Positions 1-8,569 of a stretch of 64,000 nucleotides of DNA are shown here, in pieces. Both the position numbers and the translations under genes were made by a program. The notes beneath the pieces are model-generated. The model was not told the origin of the DNA, ran no database searches, and saw only the letters and a program-made list of their open reading frames with translations. Source of the stretch: Trueperaceae bacterium. GTDB taxonomy: Bacteria > Deinococcota > Deinococci > Deinococcales > Trueperaceae. The stretch spans positions 64,001 to 128,000 of the forward strand of contig JAXHNB010000009.1 in the NCBI GenBank assembly GCA_034520945.1. The letters are read 5' to 3'. Each line of letters opens with the position of its first letter. Positions within the stretch are counted from its first letter, which is position 1.

Positions 1-510
1 CTGGTGAACGGCACGCTGGGCGATCACGGCATCGCGGTGATGTCGCGCCGCGAAGGATTGGACCTGGCGGTCGACCTGGTCTCCGACGTCGCCCCCTTGA
101 ACGGACTGATCGACGCCGTGCGAACGGTCGCGCCGGGCGTGCGCTTCATGCGGGACGTGACGCGCGGTGGCCTGGCCGCCGTCGCGAACGAGGTGGTGAT
201 GCACCGGCCGTTCGGGCTGCGGGTGTTCGACGTGGCCGTCCCCATCGACCCGCTGGTGGAGCAGTACAGCGAGATGCTGGGCATCGACCCGCTGCTGGCC
301 GCCAACGAGGGCAAGGTGATGATGATCGTTCCCCCCGCGGAGGCGGAGGCCGCCCTGGGTGCGATGAAGGCCCACCCCTACGGGCGCGAGGCCGCCATCA
401 TCGGCGACATCGTCAAGAGGCCCGAGGGCGTGGCGTTGGTGGAGACCGCCTACGGCAGCCACCGCGTGCTGGAGATGCCCATCGAAGAACAACTGCCGCG
501 GATCTGCTGA
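1..510 (+). CDS. hypE: Hydrogenase maturation protein HypE (5'-partial)
   Basis: HypE motifs GTLGDHG, MRDVTRGGLA, ANEGK and the diagnostic C-terminal EQLPRIC; frame open at the window start. Confidence 0.95.
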   Translation: MVNGTLGDHGIAVMSRREGLDLAVDLVSDVAPLNGLIDAVRTVAPGVRFMRDVTRGGLAAVANEVVMHRPFGLRVFDVAVPIDPLVEQYSEMLGIDPLLAANEGKVMMIVPPAEAEAALGAMKAHPYGREAAIIGDIVKRPEGVALVETAYGSHRVLEMPIEEQLPRIC

Positions 511-1073
511 TGTTCGCTACCCAGCGCGCCTTCATCGAGGCCGCCATCGCCGAGGTCCGCGAGGCGAAGGGGCTGCTCCTTCCGCTGCTGACGATCCAAA
601 ACCCGCACGCCCCTTGGACCGCGGAGGCGCTGCGGGACCTCGACGATCACGTGGACGCGGACGCGGACGATCCGGTGCTACGCCGCGCGGTGACGCTGGT
701 GGAGGCGTTCGAGCTGCCCTTCCTGGCCGAAGAGGCGCGCCTGGCCGAGCGGGGCCTCACCCTGGACACGGACATGGCCGGCTTCGAGGCCGCCATGGTC
801 GACTTCGAACGCGCCTTCTGGGACCAGGCCTACGCGGCGTACCGGGCCGACCCCGGCCACTGGGACCTCCGCCCCGTGCCCAGCTACGACGTGTGCGAGA
901 CCCACCGCCTGGACAGCGCCGACGTGCGCCGCGCCATCCGCGACCACGGCGCCACCTCGTTCGACGATCTGGCCCCCTACCTGGGCACGGACCGGGCGTG
1001 CAGCACCTGCCACACCGCGGTGAGCCGCCTGCTGATCCAGGCGCTGCGCCGGGCGAAGGGCGCGCCCGGCTGA
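510..1073 (+). CDS. Protein with C-terminal BFD-like [2Fe-2S] domain and unrecognised N-terminus
   Basis: VCETH...VRRAIRDHGATSFDDL...ACSTCH resembles Fer2_BFD; TGATG overlap with the hypE stop. Confidence 0.65.
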   Translation: MFATQRAFIEAAIAEVREAKGLLLPLLTIQNPHAPWTAEALRDLDDHVDADADDPVLRRAVTLVEAFELPFLAEEARLAERGLTLDTDMAGFEAAMVDFERAFWDQAYAAYRADPGHWDLRPVPSYDVCETHRLDSADVRRAIRDHGATSFDDLAPYLGTDRACSTCHTAVSRLLIQALRRAKGAPG

Positions 1074-1081
1074 GCCACGGC

Positions 1082-2023
1082 TCAACCGGCCGGCGCGGCG
1101 CCCAGCACCTCCGTGGGGGTGTCGCTGCCGCCGTCGGGCTCCCGCGACACGGCCACGGCGTCGAACGTGTCCGCCTCGACCACGAGGGTACGGCCTTCGA
1201 GCACGCCGAGCGAGGTGACCGCGTCGCCGCGCACGCCCCAGGCTTGGAAGTCGCGCCCTTCCCCCGGGCTGGCGTGCATCACGACCAGGGCGCGCCCCTC
1301 CGGCGCAAACAAGACGCTGCCCTGCGCGAACGGCTCGCCTTCGCCCTCGGGCGGCAGCCTGCGCACGGTGACATCATTGCGGGCCAACCAGCGCGCCAAC
1401 CGCGCCTGGTCGTCCACGAGATCGTCGGCGCGCGCACGTATCGTGCCGACCTCGGTCTCGAGCAGCTCGACACGGGCGCGCGCGTCCCTCAGCTCGGCCC
1501 GCACCTCGAGCATCTCCTGGCGTTGCCACAGGCCCCAGCCCCCGACAGCGACGACCAGCACCAGGCCGGCGGCGAAGCCGGACGCCCACGGCCTTGAGCC
1601 GCGTTCACGCCAGCGCGCACCCCCGCCTTTCCTCGCCCGCCGAGCCGCTTCGGGGGCGCGTGCGGCACGGCCGAACGGCTGCGCCTCTTCGGCGGGCGCC
1701 CCTCGCAGCTCGTCGTCCGGTCGGGTCGAGGGCCCAAGCGGCGCGCTTTCGGGCGCGGTCGCCGCAGCGTCCGTCGTCGGCGCCGTAGCGTGGCCCCATA
1801 CACGCGACTCGATCCCGGCCCACGCGTCCTCGGAGGGGGGCGGACCCGGCAGACCCTCCACCGACGCGACGAACGCGTGCTCCAACCGGTCGCGCTCCTC
1901 CCGGCAGGCGCGACACGACCGCAGGTGCGCCTCGACGGCCTCCGCCTCCTCGCGGGACGACTCGCCGAGCAGATAGCCGGGCAGCTGATCCAGGGGGTGC
2001 GATTCGCGGGGCGTTTCGTTCAC
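1082..2023 (-). CDS. ZAS anti-sigma factor (zf-HC2, TM helix, RskA-like extracytoplasmic domain)
   Basis: HLRSCRAC (HxxxCxxC), central hydrophobic helix, C-terminal AVAVSREPDGGSDTPT; GTG overlaps the sigma stop (GTGA). Confidence 0.85.
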   Translation of the reverse strand: MNETPRESHPLDQLPGYLLGESSREEAEAVEAHLRSCRACREERDRLEHAFVASVEGLPGPPPSEDAWAGIESRVWGHATAPTTDAAATAPESAPLGPSTRPDDELRGAPAEEAQPFGRAARAPEAARRARKGGGARWRERGSRPWASGFAAGLVLVVAVGGWGLWQRQEMLEVRAELRDARARVELLETEVGTIRARADDLVDDQARLARWLARNDVTVRRLPPEGEGEPFAQGSVLFAPEGRALVVMHASPGEGRDFQAWGVRGDAVTSLGVLEGRTLVVEADTFDAVAVSREPDGGSDTPTEVLGAAPAG

Positions 2024-2598
2024 GTCGATCCCTCGCCCGCATCGGGGCCACGCCCTGTGAGCACGTCGCGCGCCTTGAGCATGGCGCGGCGGATGCGGCT
2101 CTTGATCGTGCCGACCGGCGCGCCCTCCCGGTCCGCGATCTCGGTGTAGCTGTACCCGCCGAAGAAGGCGTCGCTCAGCAGGCGGGCTTCGTCGCGCGAG
2201 AGTCCTTCGAACGCCTGCTGGACGGTGAGGCGGTCGGTGGGCGCCGCCCCATGGGGCCCGGCGCGCAAGGGGGATCCGGAATCGTGCGGATCGTGCCCGT
2301 CGGCCTTCGCCGGTCGGGAGCCACGTGCCCGAAGGCGCATGCGGCACGCGTTGCGCGCGATGGTGTACACCCACGCCCGCGCCGAGCCCCGCGCCGGGTC
2401 GAACCGGCCGGCGGCGTCATGCACCTTGACGAACACGTCCTGCACCACTTCCTCTGCGTCCTCTCTGCTGCCCATCATGCGCAGCGCGAGGGCATGGACG
2501 TTCCGCCCCAGCGCGTCGTACAGCGCCCGGAGGGCCTCGTCGTCGCCGCGCTGTAGTCGCTGAATGAGCTCGGCTTCGGCGTCCACGCCTTCTATCAA
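2020..2598 (-). CDS. ECF sigma-70 factor (SigK-like)
   Basis: Region 2 DAEEVVQDVFVKV...RAWVYTIARN; region 4 GYSYTEIA...GTIKSRIRRAM. Confidence 0.92.
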   Translation of the reverse strand: MIEGVDAEAELIQRLQRGDDEALRALYDALGRNVHALALRMMGSREDAEEVVQDVFVKVHDAAGRFDPARGSARAWVYTIARNACRMRLRARGSRPAKADGHDPHDSGSPLRAGPHGAAPTDRLTVQQAFEGLSRDEARLLSDAFFGGYSYTEIADREGAPVGTIKSRIRRAMLKARDVLTGRGPDAGEGST

Positions 2599-2603
2599 AG
2601 CAT

Positions 2604-2628
2604 ATGCGCCCTCGCCCGGACCGGATGC
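2604..2628 (-). promoter_or_regulatory. Putative ECF promoter GCATCCG-N12-GCGCAT for the sigma gene (leaderless)
   Basis: Motif ends 5 nt before the TTG start at 2598; identical bipartite motif on the opposite strand at 2654-2678. Confidence 0.6.
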
Positions 2629-2653
2629 CCACCCCGGCGTGGCGGCACGCCAT

Positions 2654-2678
2654 GCATCCGATCGCCGATCACGCGCAT
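2654..2678 (+). promoter_or_regulatory. Putative ECF promoter GCATCCG-N12-GCGCAT for the secreted repeat protein
   Basis: Same two boxes and 12-nt spacing as 2604-2628, with a different spacer sequence. Confidence 0.6.
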
Positions 2679-2792
2679 TGCATGGAAGTGAAGGCCCCGC
2701 TGGGGACCTTCGACAGGCACCCGGCCACGAGGAGCGCTCACGCGCTCACCCCACGTCCGTCCCTCGCCCTGCGAGGAGGAAAGGAGCACACG

Positions 2793-3932
2793 ATGCAGAC
2801 GATCATCATCCGCACCCTGACCCTGTTGCTGGCCGCCGTGCCGGCCTTGGCATTCGCCCAGGAGGTGAGGTTGGAGGCGCAGGATCAGGAGATCCGCGGC
2901 ACCACGCTCACCCTGGATCACGTCACGTTGGCCCAGGACGGCTTCGTGGTCGTGCACGCCACCGACGCGTCGGGTGACCTGGTGCTGACGCCCCCCTTGG
3001 GCCTGACCTACCTCGAAGCGGGTGCGCACGACGACGTCGAGGTCGCGCTCCACGCAGGCGAGCTCGCGAAGTACAGCTACGAGCAGGGCGGCACAGTCGT
3101 CCCGATGCTCCACGTGGACGCGAACGGCGACGGCGCCTACCAGTTCCCGGACGGCGGTGACGTCCCCGTCACCCGCGACGAGGGGGCCGTGGTCGTGAGC
3201 ATCGACCTGACCGTGCTGCCGTCGCTGACCACCCTCGATCAGACCCTCGCCGGGCAACGCGTCACCATCGACACCGTCGTCGCCGCTCAGGACGGCTTCG
3301 TGGTGGTCCACGCGCTCGACCGGGAGGGCGACGCGGTCCTCACGCCCCCGCTCGGCGTGGCGCAGGTCGAGGCAGGCGTCACGCGCTTCCTCGCCGTCGA
3401 GCTCGACGACGCGCTCCTCGATGAATACGGCTACAGAGGCGGCCCCAAGGCGATCGTGCCGATGCTGCACGTCGACGACGGCGACGGGGCGTACGAGTTC
3501 CCGGACGGTCCCGACGTGCCCGTGACGGCGGACGGCGCGCCGCTCGTGTCGCCGTTGACGCTGTCCATGCCGGCCATGGGCCAGGCGTCGGTCGCGACGG
3601 GGCAGGGGAAGCTTTCCGTGGGCATGGACGGCCTGTCCGTCACCCTCCCCAGCGTGACGTTGACCCAACCGGGCTTCGTCGTCCTGCACGCCCAGAACGA
3701 GGACGGCAGCCTGCGCGGCCTGCCCGTGCTGGGGGCGAGCGACGCGCTGCCGGCCGGCACCTCGAACGACGTGACCATCGAAATCGCTCGTGATCAGGCG
3801 CCCATGGTGGGCGACACCGCCTACGCCATGGTCCACGTCGACGACGGGGACGGCGTCTACCGCTTCCCGGCCAGCGACCCGCCCTTCGAGCAGAACGGCG
3901 AGGTGCTGGTGGTGCCGTTCACCCTGAACTGA
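2793..3932 (+). CDS. Secreted protein with three tandem DUF7282-like domains
   Basis: AAGGAG RBS; signal peptide ending AFA-Q; three copies of GFVV(V/L)H...M(L/V)HVDxxDGxYxFP. Confidence 0.8.
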   Translation: MQTIIIRTLTLLLAAVPALAFAQEVRLEAQDQEIRGTTLTLDHVTLAQDGFVVVHATDASGDLVLTPPLGLTYLEAGAHDDVEVALHAGELAKYSYEQGGTVVPMLHVDANGDGAYQFPDGGDVPVTRDEGAVVVSIDLTVLPSLTTLDQTLAGQRVTIDTVVAAQDGFVVVHALDREGDAVLTPPLGVAQVEAGVTRFLAVELDDALLDEYGYRGGPKAIVPMLHVDDGDGAYEFPDGPDVPVTADGAPLVSPLTLSMPAMGQASVATGQGKLSVGMDGLSVTLPSVTLTQPGFVVLHAQNEDGSLRGLPVLGASDALPAGTSNDVTIEIARDQAPMVGDTAYAMVHVDDGDGVYRFPASDPPFEQNGEVLVVPFTLN

Positions 3933-3969
3933 AAACGGAACCGCCGGGGCGCTACCAACCCCGATCTCC

Positions 3970-3999
3970 GCGTGCGCCGAGACGCTCCTCGGCGCACGC
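3970..3999. terminator. Hairpin between convergent genes
   Basis: GCGTGCGCCGAG-6nt-CTCGGCGCACGC perfect 12-bp stem; only a weak U-tract. Confidence 0.5.
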
Positions 4000-4041
4000 T
4001 TCATGTCGGCCCCCTCGTACGCGGCGGGGACGGCGAGCCCG

Positions 4042-5496
4042 TCACCGGTCCCCGGCGCGCCCCACCTCCGCCGTTACCCGCGCCGCGACCCGCCCCGCGT
4101 CACGAACGCAGTCGTTCACGCCGATCCCGTGGTAGGCGTTGCCGGTGAGCAGCAGGCCGGGACGCTGATCGGCCGCGCCCATGATGCGGGCCACGCGGCT
4201 CTGGTGTCCCACCCGGTATTGCGGGATGGCCCGCGCCCAGCGGACGTGGTGCACCATCTCGGGCGCCGCCGTCACGTTCATGGTGCGCGCCAGGTCGTCG
4301 CGGGCCACTTGCAGCGCCTCCGCCTCGTCCAGCGCTACGAACTCGGGGTCCGGCACCCCGCCGGCGATGATGCGCAGCAGCACCTTGCCCTCCGGCGCCT
4401 GCCAGGGGAACAGCGTCGACGTCCATAGACACCCCAGCATGCGCACGCCCTGCCCGCGCGGGACCAGGAACCCGAAGCCGTCCAGCGGGCCCGGCACGTC
4501 GGCACGGTCGTAGCCCAACCCCAGCACGCGCACCCCGGCGTAGGGAATGGCCTCCAGATCGTCGCGAGCCTCGGGCAGCACGCCCTCCAGCAGCTGCGCG
4601 GCGGCGTAGGCCGGCGTGGCCACGATCACCACGTCGGCCGGCACGCGTTCGCCGCCCTCGAGCCGGACCTGATACCGCGCGCCCTCCTCGCCGGTCGTAA
4701 CGGCGCGGGCGGGCACACCGGTGCGCACATCGGTGCCGAGTCGGTCGCGCAACGCTTGGATCAGCCGTTCGATGCCGCCGCCCTGGAAGCTGGTGAGGCG
4801 CCCGCCCGGGCCGGCCGGACCGCCGCGCGTGGCCCGCTCGGCGCGGGCGGCCCGCCGGCGCGCCAGCATGCCGCGGACCAACCCGCCGTGCTCGTCCTCC
4901 AGGCGCTTCAGGCGTGGGAACAGCGCCGCCAGGCTGGTCTGGCGCGCATCCCCGGCGGTGATGCCCAGCACCATCGGCGCGATGAACGCGTCGGCGAAGG
5001 CGAGCCCCAGGCGGCGCTCGGCAAAGCGATGGACGGTCTCGTCGACGCCGGCCGGAGCCCGCCCCACGAACGGTTCCAGCGCCACGCGCGCCTTGGCGGG
5101 CAGGGACAACAGGTCGCTGCGGACGAACCCAGCTACCCCCTGCGGAAGGGCCCTCAGGGCGCGGTCCACGTACAGCATGCGGTGCTTCGCCGCCTCGGTG
5201 GCGGGCTGTAGCGCCTCCCCCAGGCCGAGGTCGTGGGCCAGTTCGACGGTGTCCGGCACGTTGGTCAGGAAGCCGTTGGGGCCGCGGTCCACGACGTAGC
5301 CCTGGACGGCGTCGCTTCGGGCAGCACCGCCGGCCTCCGCCTCTCCTTCGAGGACGGTCACGTCGGCGTGCGGTAGCGCCTGGCGTACACGGAACGCGCT
5401 GGCCAGGCCGGAGATGCCGCCGCCGATCACGACCACACGGGGGGCGCCGGCCACGTTCCCGGATGATGCGTCGTCGATTCCGCGCCGTTGGGTCAC
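4042..5496 (-). CDS. hemG: Protoporphyrinogen/coproporphyrinogen oxidase (HemY/HemG family)
   Basis: GGGISGL FAD motif, GPNGF, GFGFLVP, RAIPQY, GNAYHGIGVNDC. Confidence 0.92.
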   Translation of the reverse strand: MTQRRGIDDASSGNVAGAPRVVVIGGGISGLASAFRVRQALPHADVTVLEGEAEAGGAARSDAVQGYVVDRGPNGFLTNVPDTVELAHDLGLGEALQPATEAAKHRMLYVDRALRALPQGVAGFVRSDLLSLPAKARVALEPFVGRAPAGVDETVHRFAERRLGLAFADAFIAPMVLGITAGDARQTSLAALFPRLKRLEDEHGGLVRGMLARRRAARAERATRGGPAGPGGRLTSFQGGGIERLIQALRDRLGTDVRTGVPARAVTTGEEGARYQVRLEGGERVPADVVIVATPAYAAAQLLEGVLPEARDDLEAIPYAGVRVLGLGYDRADVPGPLDGFGFLVPRGQGVRMLGCLWTSTLFPWQAPEGKVLLRIIAGGVPDPEFVALDEAEALQVARDDLARTMNVTAAPEMVHHVRWARAIPQYRVGHQSRVARIMGAADQRPGLLLTGNAYHGIGVNDCVRDAGRVAARVTAEVGRAGDR

Positions 5497-5656
5497 GCCT
5501 CACGGTACGCGTAGACGCACGCGCGCACGGCGGGCCAGATGTCCCCAAGCACGCGAACGGCGCGCACGTGAATCGTGCGCGCCGATGATCGTGAGGGTGC
5601 CGAGCGGGTGCCGGGTGGAACCACCACGCACCGGCACCTAGCCCGGGGGGCGAGGC

Positions 5657-6739
5657 TCAGCGCACGCCGAGACCCGGATAACGGACCAGCATTCCCGAGC
5701 CGGGGGCCCCGATGCCGTTCACGCTCAGGTAGGCATCCCCGTTCTGCGCGAAGGCGATGGCGGTGGGGAACATGAGGCCGTCCAGCACGACCTCCGTGCT
5801 GCCGTCCAGCGCGACGCGCGTCACCGCACCGCTGCCGGGCGTGGGACCCTGCTCGGTGAACTCGGCCAGCGTCACGGCGTACAGCGTGCCGTCCGGCGCG
5901 GCCTGCAGGTCGGTCAGTACGGTGAGGCCGCCTGCGAGGTTCGTCACCGACCCGTCGCTGGACAGGGCGTGCACGCCGGCCGAGCCGGGCAGGAACGGGA
6001 ACCCCGGAAGGCTGGCGACGTACATGCCGCCGTCGCGCGTCTGGGTAATGCCGGTGGGGACGGGGTCGGTCTCCTGCGCGCCGTCGCGCGCGGGGTTGGG
6101 CATGGGCGAGGGCACGCCGTCCATGACGGCGACCAGCTCGACCGCGCCGGTGCGCGGGTTGACGCGCAGGATGGTATTGGCGCCCGCGTCCGCGACGTAG
6201 AGGTTGCCGTCGCTGCCCCCGACGATGCCGTAGGGGTGCGAGTCCAGCACGAAGCCGTCGGGGTTGGACGCCGCCTCGATGTCCCAGGTGCTGGCCACCA
6301 CGGACGGCTCGTCGCCGTCGACGCGGACCACGGCGGCCATCATCGGCATGGGGTCAGGGCCCAGCTCGCCGAGCCAGCCACCGCTGGTGACGAACACCTG
6401 GGTGCCGAGGCGCGCCAAGCGCGAACCACCGGTGAACTCTTGCCCGACATGAACGGACGGCAGCATGGCGCGCACGCTCTGCTGGCCGTCGGGACCGATC
6501 CGCACCACCTGCGAGGTCATGCCGACCGTGGCGATGGTCGCCTCGCCGGTGTTGGGGTCGACCGTCTCGATCTCCTGGTCCCCGCCGACGCCCGAGTCGA
6601 CCACCCACACGCTTCCATCCGGCATGGCCAACACGCCCATGGGGTTGTTGAGCCCCTCCGCGACGACCTCTTGGGCGAACGCGGTGCCGAACCACGCGAT
6701 GACACCGAGCACGAACAGACCTACCACCGATGTGCGCAT
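5657..6739 (-). CDS. Secreted ScyD/ScyE-family beta-propeller protein
   Basis: Signal peptide; VAEGLNNPMG, DSHPYG, VADAGAN, DPVPTG, LPGFPF motifs; GAGGGAG RBS. Confidence 0.8.
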   Translation of the reverse strand: MRTSVVGLFVLGVIAWFGTAFAQEVVAEGLNNPMGVLAMPDGSVWVVDSGVGGDQEIETVDPNTGEATIATVGMTSQVVRIGPDGQQSVRAMLPSVHVGQEFTGGSRLARLGTQVFVTSGGWLGELGPDPMPMMAAVVRVDGDEPSVVASTWDIEAASNPDGFVLDSHPYGIVGGSDGNLYVADAGANTILRVNPRTGAVELVAVMDGVPSPMPNPARDGAQETDPVPTGITQTRDGGMYVASLPGFPFLPGSAGVHALSSDGSVTNLAGGLTVLTDLQAAPDGTLYAVTLAEFTEQGPTPGSGAVTRVALDGSTEVVLDGLMFPTAIAFAQNGDAYLSVNGIGAPGSGMLVRYPGLGVR

Positions 6740-6883
6740 ATGAACTCCCTCTCTCCTGGCCGGCCCGTCGCCTCACCCCGCGTCACGTCAGGACAGGTGC
6801 GAATCGCGCGTACGGATGCCGGAACGGTGCGGGTGGGGACGCCTCGAGCGTTCACGCCGAAGGCGATCGGTACGGGTGGACCC

Positions 6884-7318
6884 TCACCTCCCTTCGGGCG
6901 GCCGTGTCGCGCCGGGGGACGCGGCCTGCGCCAACAGGAACGCGACCAGCGCGTCCAGGTCCTGTTCGGAGAGGTCGTAGGCCGGCATGGCGTGGCTGGA
7001 CATCGCCCAGCCCGGCGCCAGGTAGGCGGCGGGGGCCGTGATCGACTCGCGCAGGTAGCCCGCCGCGTCGTCAGCGTCGCCGTGATAGCTGGGGTCGGCC
7101 ACCCGCGCCGCAGCGACGGCGCCGATGTCGTTGTGCTCGGGTCCGAACGACCCGCGCGTTTGGGCCGCGCCGAGCGTGTGGCACATGCCGCAGTACAGCT
7201 GCCGGTAGAGCTGCGCCCCGCGTTCCCGGAGGGGCGCCGACCCCTGGGCGCGCACCACGGCCGTCCCAACACCCACGACGATCGCCAGGACGCCGAACGA
7301 CCACACGATCCGATCCAC
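6884..7318 (-). CDS. Monoheme c-type cytochrome
   Basis: N-terminal signal/TM, CGMCH heme motif, YLRESITAP and HAMP distal Met; [11 protein letters not shown] before GTG. Confidence 0.85.
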   Translation of the reverse strand: MDRIVWSFGVLAIVVGVGTAVVRAQGSAPLRERGAQLYRQLYCGMCHTLGAAQTRGSFGPEHNDIGAVAAARVADPSYHGDADDAAGYLRESITAPAAYLAPGWAMSSHAMPAYDLSEQDLDALVAFLLAQAASPGATRPPEGR

Positions 7319-7583
7319 GCTGTCGTCCCCTCCCTCCTCGATTCGCGATCCCGCGCAAGCGCGCAAGCACGAGAGCGCGAATGATCGAATATACGGGATT
7401 TTCCTCGGAAGCGAGTACGCACATGCACCGAACTCGCGCACCATCGTGCCTCCGGGCGCCCACGAGGGACTTCGTACACCGTCGGTATGCTTCCGCCATG
7501 GGCTCGCACTCGCGTCGGTCGCGGCCCGCCGCCTGCCACCAGCCACGCCCCGAAAACGAGCGTCGGGTTCGCACCGTGCCCGC

Positions 7584-7935
7584 ATGACCCACGCAACGGC
7601 GGTCGTGGCGGTGCTCGCGTACTACCTGGTGGCGCTGGCGTTGCTGCCGGCGCTGGCCCGCGCGTGGCTTCGCCTGCCGGCCGAATCCGTCCGCAAGGGA
7701 CAGCACGTGGCCGTGTTCCTCGCGATCTTTTTGTGGTTGGAACTGTTCACGGCCTGGACGTGGGCGGTGGCGACGATCGGCGCGATCGCGTTGGCGGCCT
7801 ACGTGACGTTGTGCTGGCTCGAGGGCCGTGTTCCGCCGGGTGCACGGGCACGGTCTGAGCGCGGTGCGGCGACGCGAACTGGAAGGCGTCGCCAACCTGT
7901 TCGTGTCCGCGGCGGTGCGCGGAGAGGTGCGGGCG
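7584..7935 (+). pseudogene. N-terminal fragment of a polytopic membrane protein (phytol/dolichol kinase-like)
   Basis: Three hydrophobic segments and ESVRKGQH (ExxRKxxH); plausible coding is lost after ~7830 and runs into the convergent TetR; end approximate. Confidence 0.45.
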
Positions 7936-7975
7936 ACCGGGCAGGCGTCGACGGCCGCGCGGGAGCTTCCGCGCG

Positions 7976-8569
7976 CTACTGCGGCGTGTCGGCTCGCGCC
8001 GCCACACCGTCGAAGAACACCTCGACCATGGCGTCCACCAGGCTGTCCGCCCGCTCGGGGGGCGCGGAGAGACCGGCGAACGCCTGGCCCAACAGCAACC
8101 AGGTGACCTCGGGCACGTCCACCTCGCGCAGTTCGCCGCGCTCGACCCCTCGACGCAGGACGTCACGTATCGGCTCCACGAAGCGGGCGTAGTACGCGGC
8201 CAGCATGCGGGCGCGCGCCTCCTCGCTCAGGTGGACCGCGTCCTGCTCCGCCAGGCGCATGATCCGTTCGCTGCCCCGCATGCGGGTCACGATCGCGCGC
8301 AGCACGCGCCGCACCTGTGCCCGGGCGCGCCCGCCGCCGGCCGTCGCTTCGTCGACGTGGTCGCCGATCCGTGCGATGGCCCGCAGCAGGACGCCCAGGA
8401 ACAGGCGTTCCTTGTCGTGCACGTGGTAGTAGAGGCCCGCCTTCGACACCCCCGCGGCTTCGGCCACCTGCCGCATGGAGACGCCGTGGAAGCCGTGACG
8501 CTCGAACAGGATGGTGGCTTCGTCCAGGATGCGGTCGTGCACGTCGGGCCGATCGGGCGCCGTCGTCAT
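7976..8569 (-). CDS. TetR/AcrR family regulator
   Basis: HTH GFHGVSMRQVAEAAGVSKAGLYYH; ATGA overlap with the MFS stop. Confidence 0.92.
   Translation of the reverse strand: MTTAPDRPDVHDRILDEATILFERHGFHGVSMRQVAEAAGVSKAGLYYHVHDKERLFLGVLLRAIARIGDHVDEATAGGGRARAQVRRVLRAIVTRMRGSERIMRLAEQDAVHLSEEARARMLAAYYARFVEPIRDVLRRGVERGELREVDVPEVTWLLLGQAFAGLSAPPERADSLVDAMVEVFFDGVAARADTPQ

Noticed and set aside
7470..7485. CTTCGTACACCGTCGG resembling the operator at 24180-24196
   Set aside because: Lacks one base of the right half-site, which breaks the palindrome
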